Below, in pieces: positions 55,003 through 63,754 of a DNA stretch of 64,000 nucleotides (position 1 is the first letter of the stretch; each line of letters starts with the position of its first letter). The notes beneath the pieces are model-generated. The model did not search any database, was not told where the DNA came from, and saw only the letters and a list, made by a program, of their open reading frames with translations. The position numbers and the translations under genes are program-made. The stretch covers positions 2,527,716-2,591,715 of the forward strand of contig CAWBKB010000001.1 in NCBI GenBank assembly GCA_963789265.1, written 5' to 3'. The stretch comes from an uncultured delta proteobacterium. GTDB taxonomy: Bacteria; Desulfobacterota; Desulfomonilia; Desulfomonilales; Desulfomonilaceae.

Positions 55003-55120
55003 CTATGGCTACCTCTTCGATGTCAATTTCGGTGAAGGTCAGATCCTCCTTTTCTGCCTGGCCATCGGCACGTTCATCTGTATTCGTATGCTCAGGTATG
55101 GTTTGTTCGGTTTGTTCCAT
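54980..55120 (-). CDS. mftA: Mycofactocin precursor peptide MftA (46 aa)
   Basis: Manual translation MEQTEQTIPEHTNTDERADGQAEKEDLTFTEIDIEEVAIDGICGVY*; SD AGAGG; canonical IDGxCGVY terminus. Confidence 0.96.
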   Translation of the reverse strand: MEQTEQTIPEHTNTDERADGQAEKEDLTFTEIDIEEVAIDGICGVY

Positions 55121-55441
55121 TGCGGACCTCTTTACTAATCAGTTAATCAGATGAGCCGCCCTTTATTCGGAGCCGGCTCTGGCCACAATCTTTCCCTCTT
55201 CTTGAGGGAAAGACCGTTCGCCAGCTTCTGAACTTGCTACAAATGGCGGGGACGCAGGATACGAACCAATTCCTCCGGTGTAGTTTAGGCTACGCAAGAT
55301 GTCCGGCCTGAAGTAAAGCTTACCGGCTTCCAGGTTTATCCGGAGCACCTTCAGCCTCGCCACGCCATTCAGCACCTGGGATTCCCGGATAAAAAGCTCT
55401 GTTTCCGTCGGCTGCCCTGAACCGCCGGACCTGCTGGAAGC

Positions 55442-56653
55442 TCAGATACAGGATCGCATAATCTCCTTGATCTGTTCAGGGGTGATGTCGCGAGGATTGG
55501 CTTCCCGCGAGAGATCGTTACTCGCCCATTTAGCCGTGTGCTCGATGTCGGCTTCGGAAAAATCAAAGGTGCTCAGCGGGACCTGTGGAATGCCCACATC
55601 ATTGCGGAGCCGTTCGATCTCTTCCAGGGTTTTCTCCGCGGCGTGGACCGGGTGCATGTGCCCCACATCCAGGCCCATGGCCTGACCGATTTCCTTGAAA
55701 CGTTCCGGGACGGCCACCACGTTGAAGCGTTCCACCGGAATCATCATGATCGCGTTTGTGTACCCATGATGAAGATCCTTGATTACTGACAACATGTGTG
55801 CGGTTCCGTGAACCATACCCATGCCTCCACCCATGTTGTAGGCCATGGAGGCAATGAACTGTGCCCAGGCCATGTTTTCAATGGCCACATCGTTGAACGG
55901 GTTAGCGTAGGCCTGGCGAATATTCTCGCTAAGGAGCTTGATGGCACGGAGGCCGACAGCATGCACGTGAGGCATATTGAACCGGCCGATGGTCGGCTCC
56001 ATAGCGTGACAGAATGCATCCATGCCCGCCCAGGCAATCATGTTCGGGGGCTGTAGCCTCATGAAGAGGGGATCGTTAATACCCACTGAGGGCCCCACTC
56101 CAGGGACCACGAGGATTAGCTTGTAGACCCACTCTACGTCATTGATGATTGCAAAGGCCGTACCCTCCGCCCCGGTGCCCGTGGTCGTATTGATTGCCAC
56201 GTGGGGGATTTGCACAATCTTGTATGTGGGTATGCGGGTAGTGTAATGCGGATCAAGGAAAGCGCAAAACTGCCTGAGGTCGGTGTCCGGTCCTTCATTG
56301 GTCATCATAATGCGAATGCCCTTGCCCGCGTCGTGGGCGCTCCCACCCCCGACTGAGACAATGCCGTCACACCCTGCCTCCTGGTAGACCTTGGCCCCGG
56401 CCTTGCATTCGTAGTCCTTGGGATTAGAGGTAACCCCGTCGAAAAGTGTCACAGCCACGCCGGCCGCCTTGAGTACTCCTTCGACCTCTTCAACGATGCC
56501 TGTCCCTCTCAGCCCGGTGGTGACCAGTAGGGCGTGCTTAATGGCGTAGGCCTGGCATTCTACGCCTGCCATTGTATGCGCACCCCAGCCCACAATCCCG
56601 CGTGAGTGTTGGTGTACATAAAGCAGTGGGAATTGCTTGCGTTCGAAGTTCAT
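55442..56653 (-). CDS. Group III (Fe-containing) alcohol dehydrogenase, Mno/Mdo nicotinoprotein-like
   Basis: TTGLRGTGIV, SNPKDY, GGGSAHDAGKG.RI, HVAINTT.GTG.E, HHG..NAI resemble NDMA-dependent methanol dehydrogenases; directly upstream of mftA. Confidence 0.8.
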   Translation of the reverse strand: MNFERKQFPLLYVHQHSRGIVGWGAHTMAGVECQAYAIKHALLVTTGLRGTGIVEEVEGVLKAAGVAVTLFDGVTSNPKDYECKAGAKVYQEAGCDGIVSVGGGSAHDAGKGIRIMMTNEGPDTDLRQFCAFLDPHYTTRIPTYKIVQIPHVAINTTTGTGAEGTAFAIINDVEWVYKLILVVPGVGPSVGINDPLFMRLQPPNMIAWAGMDAFCHAMEPTIGRFNMPHVHAVGLRAIKLLSENIRQAYANPFNDVAIENMAWAQFIASMAYNMGGGMGMVHGTAHMLSVIKDLHHGYTNAIMMIPVERFNVVAVPERFKEIGQAMGLDVGHMHPVHAAEKTLEEIERLRNDVGIPQVPLSTFDFSEADIEHTAKWASNDLSREANPRDITPEQIKEIMRSCI

Positions 56654-56706
56654 CGTATTACTCCTTTTCTGACAGAGGCGCGGCCAGTACCTCTTGTCTC
56701 GAGCCT

Positions 56707-58188
56707 TCACTTGAGGATCTGGTACCAGGGTTTGACAGCTTGGCCTGTCAGATCCAGATAGATATGTTTAGTAACTGTGTATTCTTCCAAAACCATTGTG
56801 GACAGATCCTTGCCCCATCCGGACTCCTTGCAACCTCCCCACGGCGTCTCGCAGAATAATATGAGATGCTCGTTTACCCACACTGTGCCGGCTTTGATCT
56901 GGGAAGCTGCCACGAGCCCCTGCGGAATATTCTTGGTCCATACCGAAGCGCACAAGCCATAGGGCGTGTCATTGGTAAGTGCAACCGCTTCTTCCAAAGA
57001 ACTGATCTTCACTAATCCAACTACAGGACCAAATATTTCCGATCTCATGAATTCCATGTCATTGGTACAGTTGCCGAAAACAGTGGGCGTAACGAAATAT
57101 CCATTCCGAGTCTCCGGTGTATTCGGACGCTCTCCTCCGCAAAGCAGTTTTGCCCCACTTTTCTTTGCAGATTCCACGAAGGACTCGATTTTGTCCCTGT
57201 GGGCCCGGGACGCGACCGGCCCCAAAACTGTAGCGGGGTCCATCGGATCGCCATAAGGTAGAGTCGAAGCGGCTTTCGCTAGTTTTTCTGCAAATTCGTC
57301 ATAGATAGATTCGTGGATATAGAACCGGCTTGCCGCAGCACATACTTGACCGCTGTTGAAGAAGGCTCCGAAAACAGCCCCCTCCACTGCAGAATCAACA
57401 TCTGCATCCGGCAGAACCACAAAGGAATTCTTTCCACCCAGCTCAAGTCCCACCTGTTTGACGCTGTCACTTGCGATGCGCATTATGCGCTTGCCGGTCG
57501 CCGTATCGCCTGTGAAACCTATCTTGGCCACTTTCGGGTGTCGTACGAGAGCTTCTCCGACTATGTCTCCGGCGCCGGTAAGGACGTTTACCGTGCCCGC
57601 GGGCGCTCCAGCTTCTACAAAGATCTCTGCAAGCTTGAGAGTGGTCAAGGGTGCAACGGACGGAGGCTTTACGATGCACGTGTTGCCGGTAACGAGGGCG
57701 GCTCCCAGTTTCCAAACCACCATCAGAGCAGGGAAGTTCCACGGAGTTATCAAACCGACCACTCCGTGCGGCTCACGCACAGTCATCGATAGACACCATG
57801 GACCGACAGGCAAAGTCTCGCCGGTCAATGACCGTGCAATACCTGCGAAATACTCCAATTGTTCAGCGCACATGGGCACATCGAAATTCATCGTTTTACG
57901 TATAGGGGACCCCTGCTCTGCAGTTTCGAGCATTGCAAGGGCCTCCTGCTGTTCCATGATCAGTTTGGAAGCTTTGTAAAGTATCTTAGAGCGATCCGTC
58001 ATCGTGCGGGCTGCCCAGCCCGGCGCTGCTGCCTCTGCAGCCTGGACGGCAGCGTCCACATCGGCAACTCCACATTTGGGGACCGTACCAACCACCTCTC
58101 CATTCGCGGGGTTGGTGACTTCGAAAGTTTCACCGCTTGCGGAGGATACCCATTGACCTCCGATGAGAACCTTGTAATCCTCTGCCAT
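56707..58188 (-). CDS. NAD(P)-dependent aldehyde dehydrogenase
   Basis: ITPWNFP, FTGDT.TG, LELGGKN, FFNSGQVC, EIFGPV, PWGG.KESG.G. Confidence 0.95.
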   Translation of the reverse strand: MAEDYKVLIGGQWVSSASGETFEVTNPANGEVVGTVPKCGVADVDAAVQAAEAAAPGWAARTMTDRSKILYKASKLIMEQQEALAMLETAEQGSPIRKTMNFDVPMCAEQLEYFAGIARSLTGETLPVGPWCLSMTVREPHGVVGLITPWNFPALMVVWKLGAALVTGNTCIVKPPSVAPLTTLKLAEIFVEAGAPAGTVNVLTGAGDIVGEALVRHPKVAKIGFTGDTATGKRIMRIASDSVKQVGLELGGKNSFVVLPDADVDSAVEGAVFGAFFNSGQVCAAASRFYIHESIYDEFAEKLAKAASTLPYGDPMDPATVLGPVASRAHRDKIESFVESAKKSGAKLLCGGERPNTPETRNGYFVTPTVFGNCTNDMEFMRSEIFGPVVGLVKISSLEEAVALTNDTPYGLCASVWTKNIPQGLVAASQIKAGTVWVNEHLILFCETPWGGCKESGWGKDLSTMVLEEYTVTKHIYLDLTGQAVKPWYQILK

Positions 58189-58417
58189 TTTGCTCTCCTT
58201 TATCGGCGCTGGAGCAACATCTTGGCGCTAACTCATCTTCCAGACGAGCCTTCCAAGTTCTGCCCTTGAGAGCGCCGACACGTCTTTAATCTGTTACGCA
58301 AACCGTCTGTCTTTAACGTCTTCGATTTCAGCAAACTGGAACTACAATTGCATTCCGTCTACGTTTACCGTCTCCCACTTATCCGGTTTTCCAACAGTCC
58401 TGGTTGCCCTAGGCCGT

Positions 58418-59638
58418 TTAGCGTTTATCCCATGGAGGTGCCAGCTTCACCTTCCACTTGGCCAAATCAAATGGGTAAACCATTTGCTGCTTACCGTCCC
58501 ACCACTGTGAACCCGTGCTCGTGAAAATGGCCACTCCATTGCTATCGTATTTTACCGGTCCCATGACCGTATCAAACTTGTTGGAGAGTACCGCATTCCG
58601 CACTTTGGCTCCGTCTAAAGTCCCTGAAGCCTCTATGGCCTTGAAGAGAGTCTGACACAACGCATAAGTTGCTCCCACGGAAACCGAATATTTCTTGAAC
58701 TCTTTGAAATATTTTTCTCCGAGTTCCTTGGCCCCGGGGTAAGGGAAATCCATTGTCCAGAAGCCGTCACACAGGACATACTGGGCATCTTTGTCCAATG
58801 CCTTCCAGAACTCCCCAGCCCAGGTGCCTTTCCAACCGTGCATGTACGGCACGCTGAAATTATTTTCCTTCATTTGTCTTACAAAAGTGATGCAGTCTGA
58901 ATCGGAAGTAAAGATGAGAATCGCATCTACTCCGGCCGTCTTCGCCTTGATGATTTGCGCCGAGTAGTCTCGAGAGTCCACGGCCAGCGGTTCGTCCAAG
59001 GCAAAACTGTAACCGTGCTTTTTGGCAATACTTCGAAACAGACCTGCGAACGCCCGACCGTCGGAGGTGTCCTCCATCAACAAAGCCGGCTTTTTAGGCC
59101 TGGTAGCTGCCGGAAGGGTTTCCCAGATTTGGAAGGGCACCGAACAGGCCTGCTGCAAATCAAAGAAATATAGGGTAGACCACTTGAAATGGTGCTCCAG
59201 CCATGGGGGTACCAGACATATAGACGTATGGTAGTACTTGTGATACTTCTCGGCCGCGATACACCCCGGGATGACGCCGAAAGGAGCGGCAAAACCGCCA
59301 AGGAGCATGTCAACCTTATCGACCTTGATCAATCTTTCGACCGCCTTACCGGCCTTTCCTGCATTGGACTCATCGTCGGCTACGATCAGTTTCACCTTGA
59401 GTTTCTTCCCATACTGCTTGACCAAGATGCCGCCTTTGGCGTTGACATCGTTAACCGCCTGTTCATACGACCACTTCTGCTCTCTCCCGGCACTGGACAA
59501 AATACCGGTCATGGGCAGGTTAGTCCCGATCAGGATTTCAGTCCTGTCCTGAGCTTGGGCAGGAAGACCCAAACCATAATCCATCATCGTTGCCGTCATT
59601 AGTAAAACAAGCAACACTTTCCATACCGATGTTTTCAT
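58418..59638 (-). CDS. Liv-type ABC transporter substrate-binding protein
   Basis: Signal peptide; AVNDVNAKGGI, DDES, ERLI..DKVD.LLG. Confidence 0.9.
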   Translation of the reverse strand: MKTSVWKVLLVLLMTATMMDYGLGLPAQAQDRTEILIGTNLPMTGILSSAGREQKWSYEQAVNDVNAKGGILVKQYGKKLKVKLIVADDESNAGKAGKAVERLIKVDKVDMLLGGFAAPFGVIPGCIAAEKYHKYYHTSICLVPPWLEHHFKWSTLYFFDLQQACSVPFQIWETLPAATRPKKPALLMEDTSDGRAFAGLFRSIAKKHGYSFALDEPLAVDSRDYSAQIIKAKTAGVDAILIFTSDSDCITFVRQMKENNFSVPYMHGWKGTWAGEFWKALDKDAQYVLCDGFWTMDFPYPGAKELGEKYFKEFKKYSVSVGATYALCQTLFKAIEASGTLDGAKVRNAVLSNKFDTVMGPVKYDSNGVAIFTSTGSQWWDGKQQMVYPFDLAKWKVKLAPPWDKR

Positions 59639-59688
59639 GCCGTCTCCTTTCCACATTGTGGACCATGCTTAAGAACGAATAGTCGACC

Positions 59689-60654
59689 TTACGAATCCGG
59701 AACGCTGCTTACTTCCACCTGCCTACGCGGGATGAGGCCCATTATCCCGTCCGGCAGCCACAAGGCTAAGATTATAATGAACGCCCCTGAAAACAGTGGG
59801 TGTATCCGGGGTAAGTGGAGACTCGTAAAATAAAACAAGCCTGACAACAGGAAGGAACCGATGATTGGACCCGACAAAGTGCCAACCCCCCCGGCGATAC
59901 ACATGAGGACCGGGAAGAGTGCCCATTGGAGTCCAAAAGCATCGTCCGGCGTAACCTGAAAGGTATTATATGCGTAAATACTCCCGGCTAGACCGGTCAA
60001 CGCGGCACTCACCGCAAACGCAAAAATTTTGTACCAGAGCACCGCTACCCCGCAAGCTGCAGCAGCTTGTTCATCCTCCCGGACACTTATCAAAGCTATT
60101 CCGAAGCGGGACCGCCTGATGGCCCAACTGACAAGAGTGGATCCCACAGCCAGTCCTAAGGCGATGTAGTAGTACGGCATCATCGAGGAATAGGAACTAG
60201 AGGGCAGTAATAAGCCAGTTGCGCCGCCCGTCGTCTGACCCCCTTGGGTAAAGATTACGCGCAAGATCTCTCCCAGCCCCAATGTTCCCAGTGCAAAGTA
60301 ATCCCCTCGGAGTTTTGAAAGCAGCGGGATACCTACCAGGATAGCTAAAACGGCCGGCGCCAGAGCGGAAATAGTCATTGCCCTGACATCAAGGAATCCG
60401 ACCCAGCCTGCCATCCACGCTATTCCTGTGGCATAAGCACCCACGCCCAGAAATGCATTCTGAGCGAGCGAAACTTGGCCGGTGTACCCTGCTACCAGGT
60501 TCCAGCCCTGAGAGATGGTCACAAAAAGAAAGGTCTGAAACAGGAAAGTGACGGCGTACGACGCCTCGACGTCCACCGTCAAAGGAAATACGATGAACCC
60601 GATGAGTAGGAGCAACCACAAGCCTTTTGTCCAGAGCGTTCTGTCGCTAAGCAC
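59689..60654 (-). CDS. livM: Liv-type ABC permease (LivM-like)
   Basis: WNLVAGYTGQVSL, LRGDYFALGTL, REDE.AA..CGV, GG.GTL.GP. Confidence 0.88.
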   Translation of the reverse strand: MLSDRTLWTKGLWLLLLIGFIVFPLTVDVEASYAVTFLFQTFLFVTISQGWNLVAGYTGQVSLAQNAFLGVGAYATGIAWMAGWVGFLDVRAMTISALAPAVLAILVGIPLLSKLRGDYFALGTLGLGEILRVIFTQGGQTTGGATGLLLPSSSYSSMMPYYYIALGLAVGSTLVSWAIRRSRFGIALISVREDEQAAAACGVAVLWYKIFAFAVSAALTGLAGSIYAYNTFQVTPDDAFGLQWALFPVLMCIAGGVGTLSGPIIGSFLLSGLFYFTSLHLPRIHPLFSGAFIIILALWLPDGIMGLIPRRQVEVSSVPDS

Positions 60655-60665
60655 TACAGTGCACC

Positions 60666-61547
60666 TCAAGCTTGACGTGAAAGACTGGAAAAGAGCCCTT
60701 CCGGCTTCACCATCAGGACTATCAAAAAGGCCAAGTAGGATATGGCATTGTTCCATATCCCGGGGAAAATGTAGGAACCCGCTGACTCTATAACTCCGAG
60801 GAAGATTCCTCCTAAAAACGTTCCGACGACGGAACCTTTGCCACCGATAACCACAGCTATTAGAGCCTTGAGGCTGAAGATGAATCCAAAATTGGGATTA
60901 AAAGAGTAAGATGCAGCCGTAGCCATGCCGGCCATGCCGGCCAGTGCAGTTCCTAGACCAAAGGTTATGGCCTTGACCTTATGTGGGCTTATGCCCATTA
61001 GAGTCGCAGCCTCCTGGTCTTCTGTGGCTGCACGCACTGCCTTGCCTGTCCGAGTCATCCGCAGCCACAGGCTGACGATTGCCGTCGACGCGACGGCCAA
61101 AGCGAATACAGATAATCGTGTAAACGAGATCTGCAAACCCCAAAGCGACAGCCCTAAGCTGCTGTATGATGTACGGACAGCTCTGGTGTCCGGCGTCCAA
61201 ACCACCGACATGAGGTTTTCCAGGAGAATCATTAAACCAAACGCGATGAGGAGTGACGAATTCTTGTTTGTGCTGGGCACTCGTCTGAATAAGAGGTGGT
61301 AAACGGCCAATCCGAGCACCATGAACCCGGGCAACACCAGAACAAGGGAAACGAAGGGGTCGATCTGATACAATCGAGAGAGGAAATAAGTGAAATATGC
61401 GGCTAGAATCATGACCGACCCTTGTGCGATGAAGATGATCTCCATGGAGCCAAAAATCAGGGAAAGGCCGATACCCGAAATCCCGTACATCGAGCCGAAA
61501 AGGATTCCATTGATCAGAAGCTGAAAGAAGACAGTCGTGTGGCTCAT
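60666..61547 (-). CDS. livH: Liv-type ABC permease (LivH-like)
   Basis: QLLINGIL.G..Y....IGLSLIFG, T..GKAVRA, A.LMGI, KPEGLF. Confidence 0.9.
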   Translation of the reverse strand: MSHTTVFFQLLINGILFGSMYGISGIGLSLIFGSMEIIFIAQGSVMILAAYFTYFLSRLYQIDPFVSLVLVLPGFMVLGLAVYHLLFRRVPSTNKNSSLLIAFGLMILLENLMSVVWTPDTRAVRTSYSSLGLSLWGLQISFTRLSVFALAVASTAIVSLWLRMTRTGKAVRAATEDQEAATLMGISPHKVKAITFGLGTALAGMAGMATAASYSFNPNFGFIFSLKALIAVVIGGKGSVVGTFLGGIFLGVIESAGSYIFPGIWNNAISYLAFLIVLMVKPEGLFSSLSRQA

Positions 61548-62263
61548 TTTTGGTCGGCACCGATTCCTAGAAATGCTTTTTGAACGCCAGAGTTGCCCAA
61601 CAGGGCTTGGCTAGGCCCGGAAAGGGTGATTGCACCGGCGTGCATGACGAAGCCTGCCTGAGAAATCTCCAGGCTCCGTCGCGGTTTTTGTTCAACCAGC
61701 AAAACCGTGATTCCCTGATTGTGCAAAGACTTGATCACTTCGAACATGTCCTGTACTACCAGTGGAGCCAACCCCAGACTGGGTTCATCCAACATCAAAA
61801 GACGAGGCAGGCTCATAAGGGCTCTCCCAATAGCCAACATCTGCTGCTGGCCGCCCGAAAGCACCATTGCCGGTTGGCGCAGTCTTCCCTTTAGGGCAGG
61901 GAACAATGTCAATACTCGATCTATGGAGTCGGCAGTCTTTCGGCGAGCACGCGTAGAGTATCCGCCCATTTCCAGGTTCTCCAGAACCGTCATTTTGGTA
62001 AAGAGCCGACGACCCTCGGGGACCAGGGAAATGCCCAGTTCCACAATACTTTCCGCTGATAGACCATTCAGGGTCTGACCCATAAACTTCACTTGCCCCT
62101 TACGAGGACGTATTAAACCGGAGATAGCCTTTAAAGTGGTACTCTTACCCGCACCGTTGGCCCCAACCAATGCCACGATGCTGCCCTCCGCAACGTGAAT
62201 GGATATGCCTTTCAACGCTTGCGCATCGCCGTAAAAGACGTGTATATTGGTCAGTTCTAGCAT
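61544..62263 (-). CDS. livF: ABC ATPase (LivF-like)
   Basis: GANGAGKST, VPEGRRLF, LSGGQQQMLAIGRALM, LDEPSLGLAP. Confidence 0.93.
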   Translation of the reverse strand: MLELTNIHVFYGDAQALKGISIHVAEGSIVALVGANGAGKSTTLKAISGLIRPRKGQVKFMGQTLNGLSAESIVELGISLVPEGRRLFTKMTVLENLEMGGYSTRARRKTADSIDRVLTLFPALKGRLRQPAMVLSGGQQQMLAIGRALMSLPRLLMLDEPSLGLAPLVVQDMFEVIKSLHNQGITVLLVEQKPRRSLEISQAGFVMHAGAITLSGPSQALLGNSGVQKAFLGIGADQK

Positions 62264-62991
62264 GCGCCTGCAAGCCACCCGCTTCCCAGATAGGCATCGA
62301 TAACCGTCTCGTTTTTGGCCACCTCAGTTGGGCTTCCCTCTGCTATTTTGATTCCGAAGTCTAGAACTATTATTCGATCGGACAATCCAAACACCGCTTC
62401 TATATTGTGTTCAACCCAAAACACCGCCATATCGGTCTCTTCGCGGATTCTACGAATCACTCCGGTCATAGTCCGGGTATCAGTGTCACTGAGGCCGGCC
62501 ATTGGCTCATCCAAGAGAATTAGATGAGGGTTGGTGGCCAGCGCTCGAGCCACTTCCAATCGGCGACGATCGGAAAAGGTCAGTCTCCCCACTAAGGTAT
62601 TCGCCTTGTTCCTCAAGCCCACGGCATCCAAGCATTCGATAGGTTCCAAACCTGGCCGCTTCTGCCAGAGACCGGGGCCGAACTCGGCCCCTAGCCGAAC
62701 GTTTTCAAGACAAGTCAGGCTCGCGAAAACCTTCACCAACTGGAAGGTTCGAGCAATTCCTAGATGACATATTCGGTGTGCTGGCAATCCTACCAGCTCG
62801 CTTTGACCGAGCCGAATAGAGCCGTTGCCCGGAGAAGAAATACCCGTAATGAGATTGAACAGAGTTGACTTGCCCGCACCGTTGGGGCCGATCAGTCCCA
62901 CTACCTCTTTTCGGCCGATCTCAGCGCTGAAATTGGTCAGCACACGGAGCCCACCGAACGATTTGTTCACATTTTTGATGGTCAACAGCAT
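62257..62991 (-). CDS. livG: ABC ATPase (LivG-like)
   Basis: FGGL, GPNGAGKST, GIARTFQ, LLDEPMAGL, VEH, V..AYLG. Confidence 0.93.
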   Translation of the reverse strand: MLLTIKNVNKSFGGLRVLTNFSAEIGRKEVVGLIGPNGAGKSTLFNLITGISSPGNGSIRLGQSELVGLPAHRICHLGIARTFQLVKVFASLTCLENVRLGAEFGPGLWQKRPGLEPIECLDAVGLRNKANTLVGRLTFSDRRRLEVARALATNPHLILLDEPMAGLSDTDTRTMTGVIRRIREETDMAVFWVEHNIEAVFGLSDRIIVLDFGIKIAEGSPTEVAKNETVIDAYLGSGWLAGAC

Positions 62992-63062
62992 GTTGAGTTG
63001 ACTACAGATTCATATAGATCGTAGGGGATCGCAGTTTTCCGGTCTGCTGAAGTTTATAGGGG

Positions 63063-63080
63063 AAGCAATTTCTATGCCGG
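63063..63080 (-). promoter_or_regulatory. Sigma54 (-24/-12) promoter
   Basis: Minus strand CCGGCATAGAAATTGCTT = GG-N10-GC, about 70 nt upstream of livG. Confidence 0.8.
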
Positions 63081-63347
63081 GGACAGTTGCAGAATTGTGA
63101 AGTTATTTCAAGTTATTGGGCGGGAGGATGGTGTTTCCGTTCATGCAGTCCTGTTACTTTTTGTGCCAATGTCTAGTTCAGAGTTTCACAAGACCGGTGC
63201 CAATTGCAAGATAGCGCCATCGCTGCCGGCGGACCGTAGTTGACCCCGCGTCCCGCGGGGAGGCCGGTCCGACCGATAGAGGGTCCTGAATGCGCGACCG
63301 TATTTGCGAAAACCAGACCCAAGTACTCCGAATGTGTTCGGATGCGT

Positions 63348-63598
63348 GATACCAGTGCGCCATCAAACAAGTGACAATCCCCGCGAGGATATGGTGGGCA
63401 TCCCGCGTTCCGCGGGATCACCCCGGACTTCGATCCGGGCTATGTAGTGGCGGACCCGCGTGTCCGCCCGGGGCAGACACATAGGTCTGCCACTACAATT
63501 GAAGCCCGCGTACGCGGGCTTCACGACAGGCAATCACGCCTAGGCGTGACTGCCCCACTAGAAGCACGATATCACTTGCCTGAAAGCGAATCGGCATG
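63348..63598. repeat. Composite miniature element with stacked REP-like hairpins
   Basis: Ends ..TCAAACAAGTGACA / TATCACTTGCCTGA..; internal ATCCCGCGTTCCGCGGGAT, GTAGTGGCGGACC...GGTCTGCCACTAC, GAAGCCCGCGTACGCGGGCTTC, GGCAATCACGCCTAGGCGTGACTGCC. Confidence 0.7.
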
Positions 63599-63754
63599 AG
63601 ACCTAGAAACCGCATTCTGGAAGACGAGGATTCAAATGGATCTAAGCTCTCACTGATTCACGACCATCGTCCCGGGCTCGCCTCATGACGGTTGTGCCAC
63701 CTTTTGACCCACCGGATTTCTCGATGTTACCAATATTCCCAAAACTAATGTTTC

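Noticed and set aside
55163..55375. 70-aa ORF between the ADH and mftA as a second precursor or missing peptidase
   Set aside because: No CGVY-like terminus and no recognisable motif; too short for MftE. Cannot support it.
63348..63598. Stacked hairpins as a CRISPR array or structured ncRNA
   Set aside because: No identical, regularly spaced repeats and no cas genes; modules match dispersed REP-like elements.
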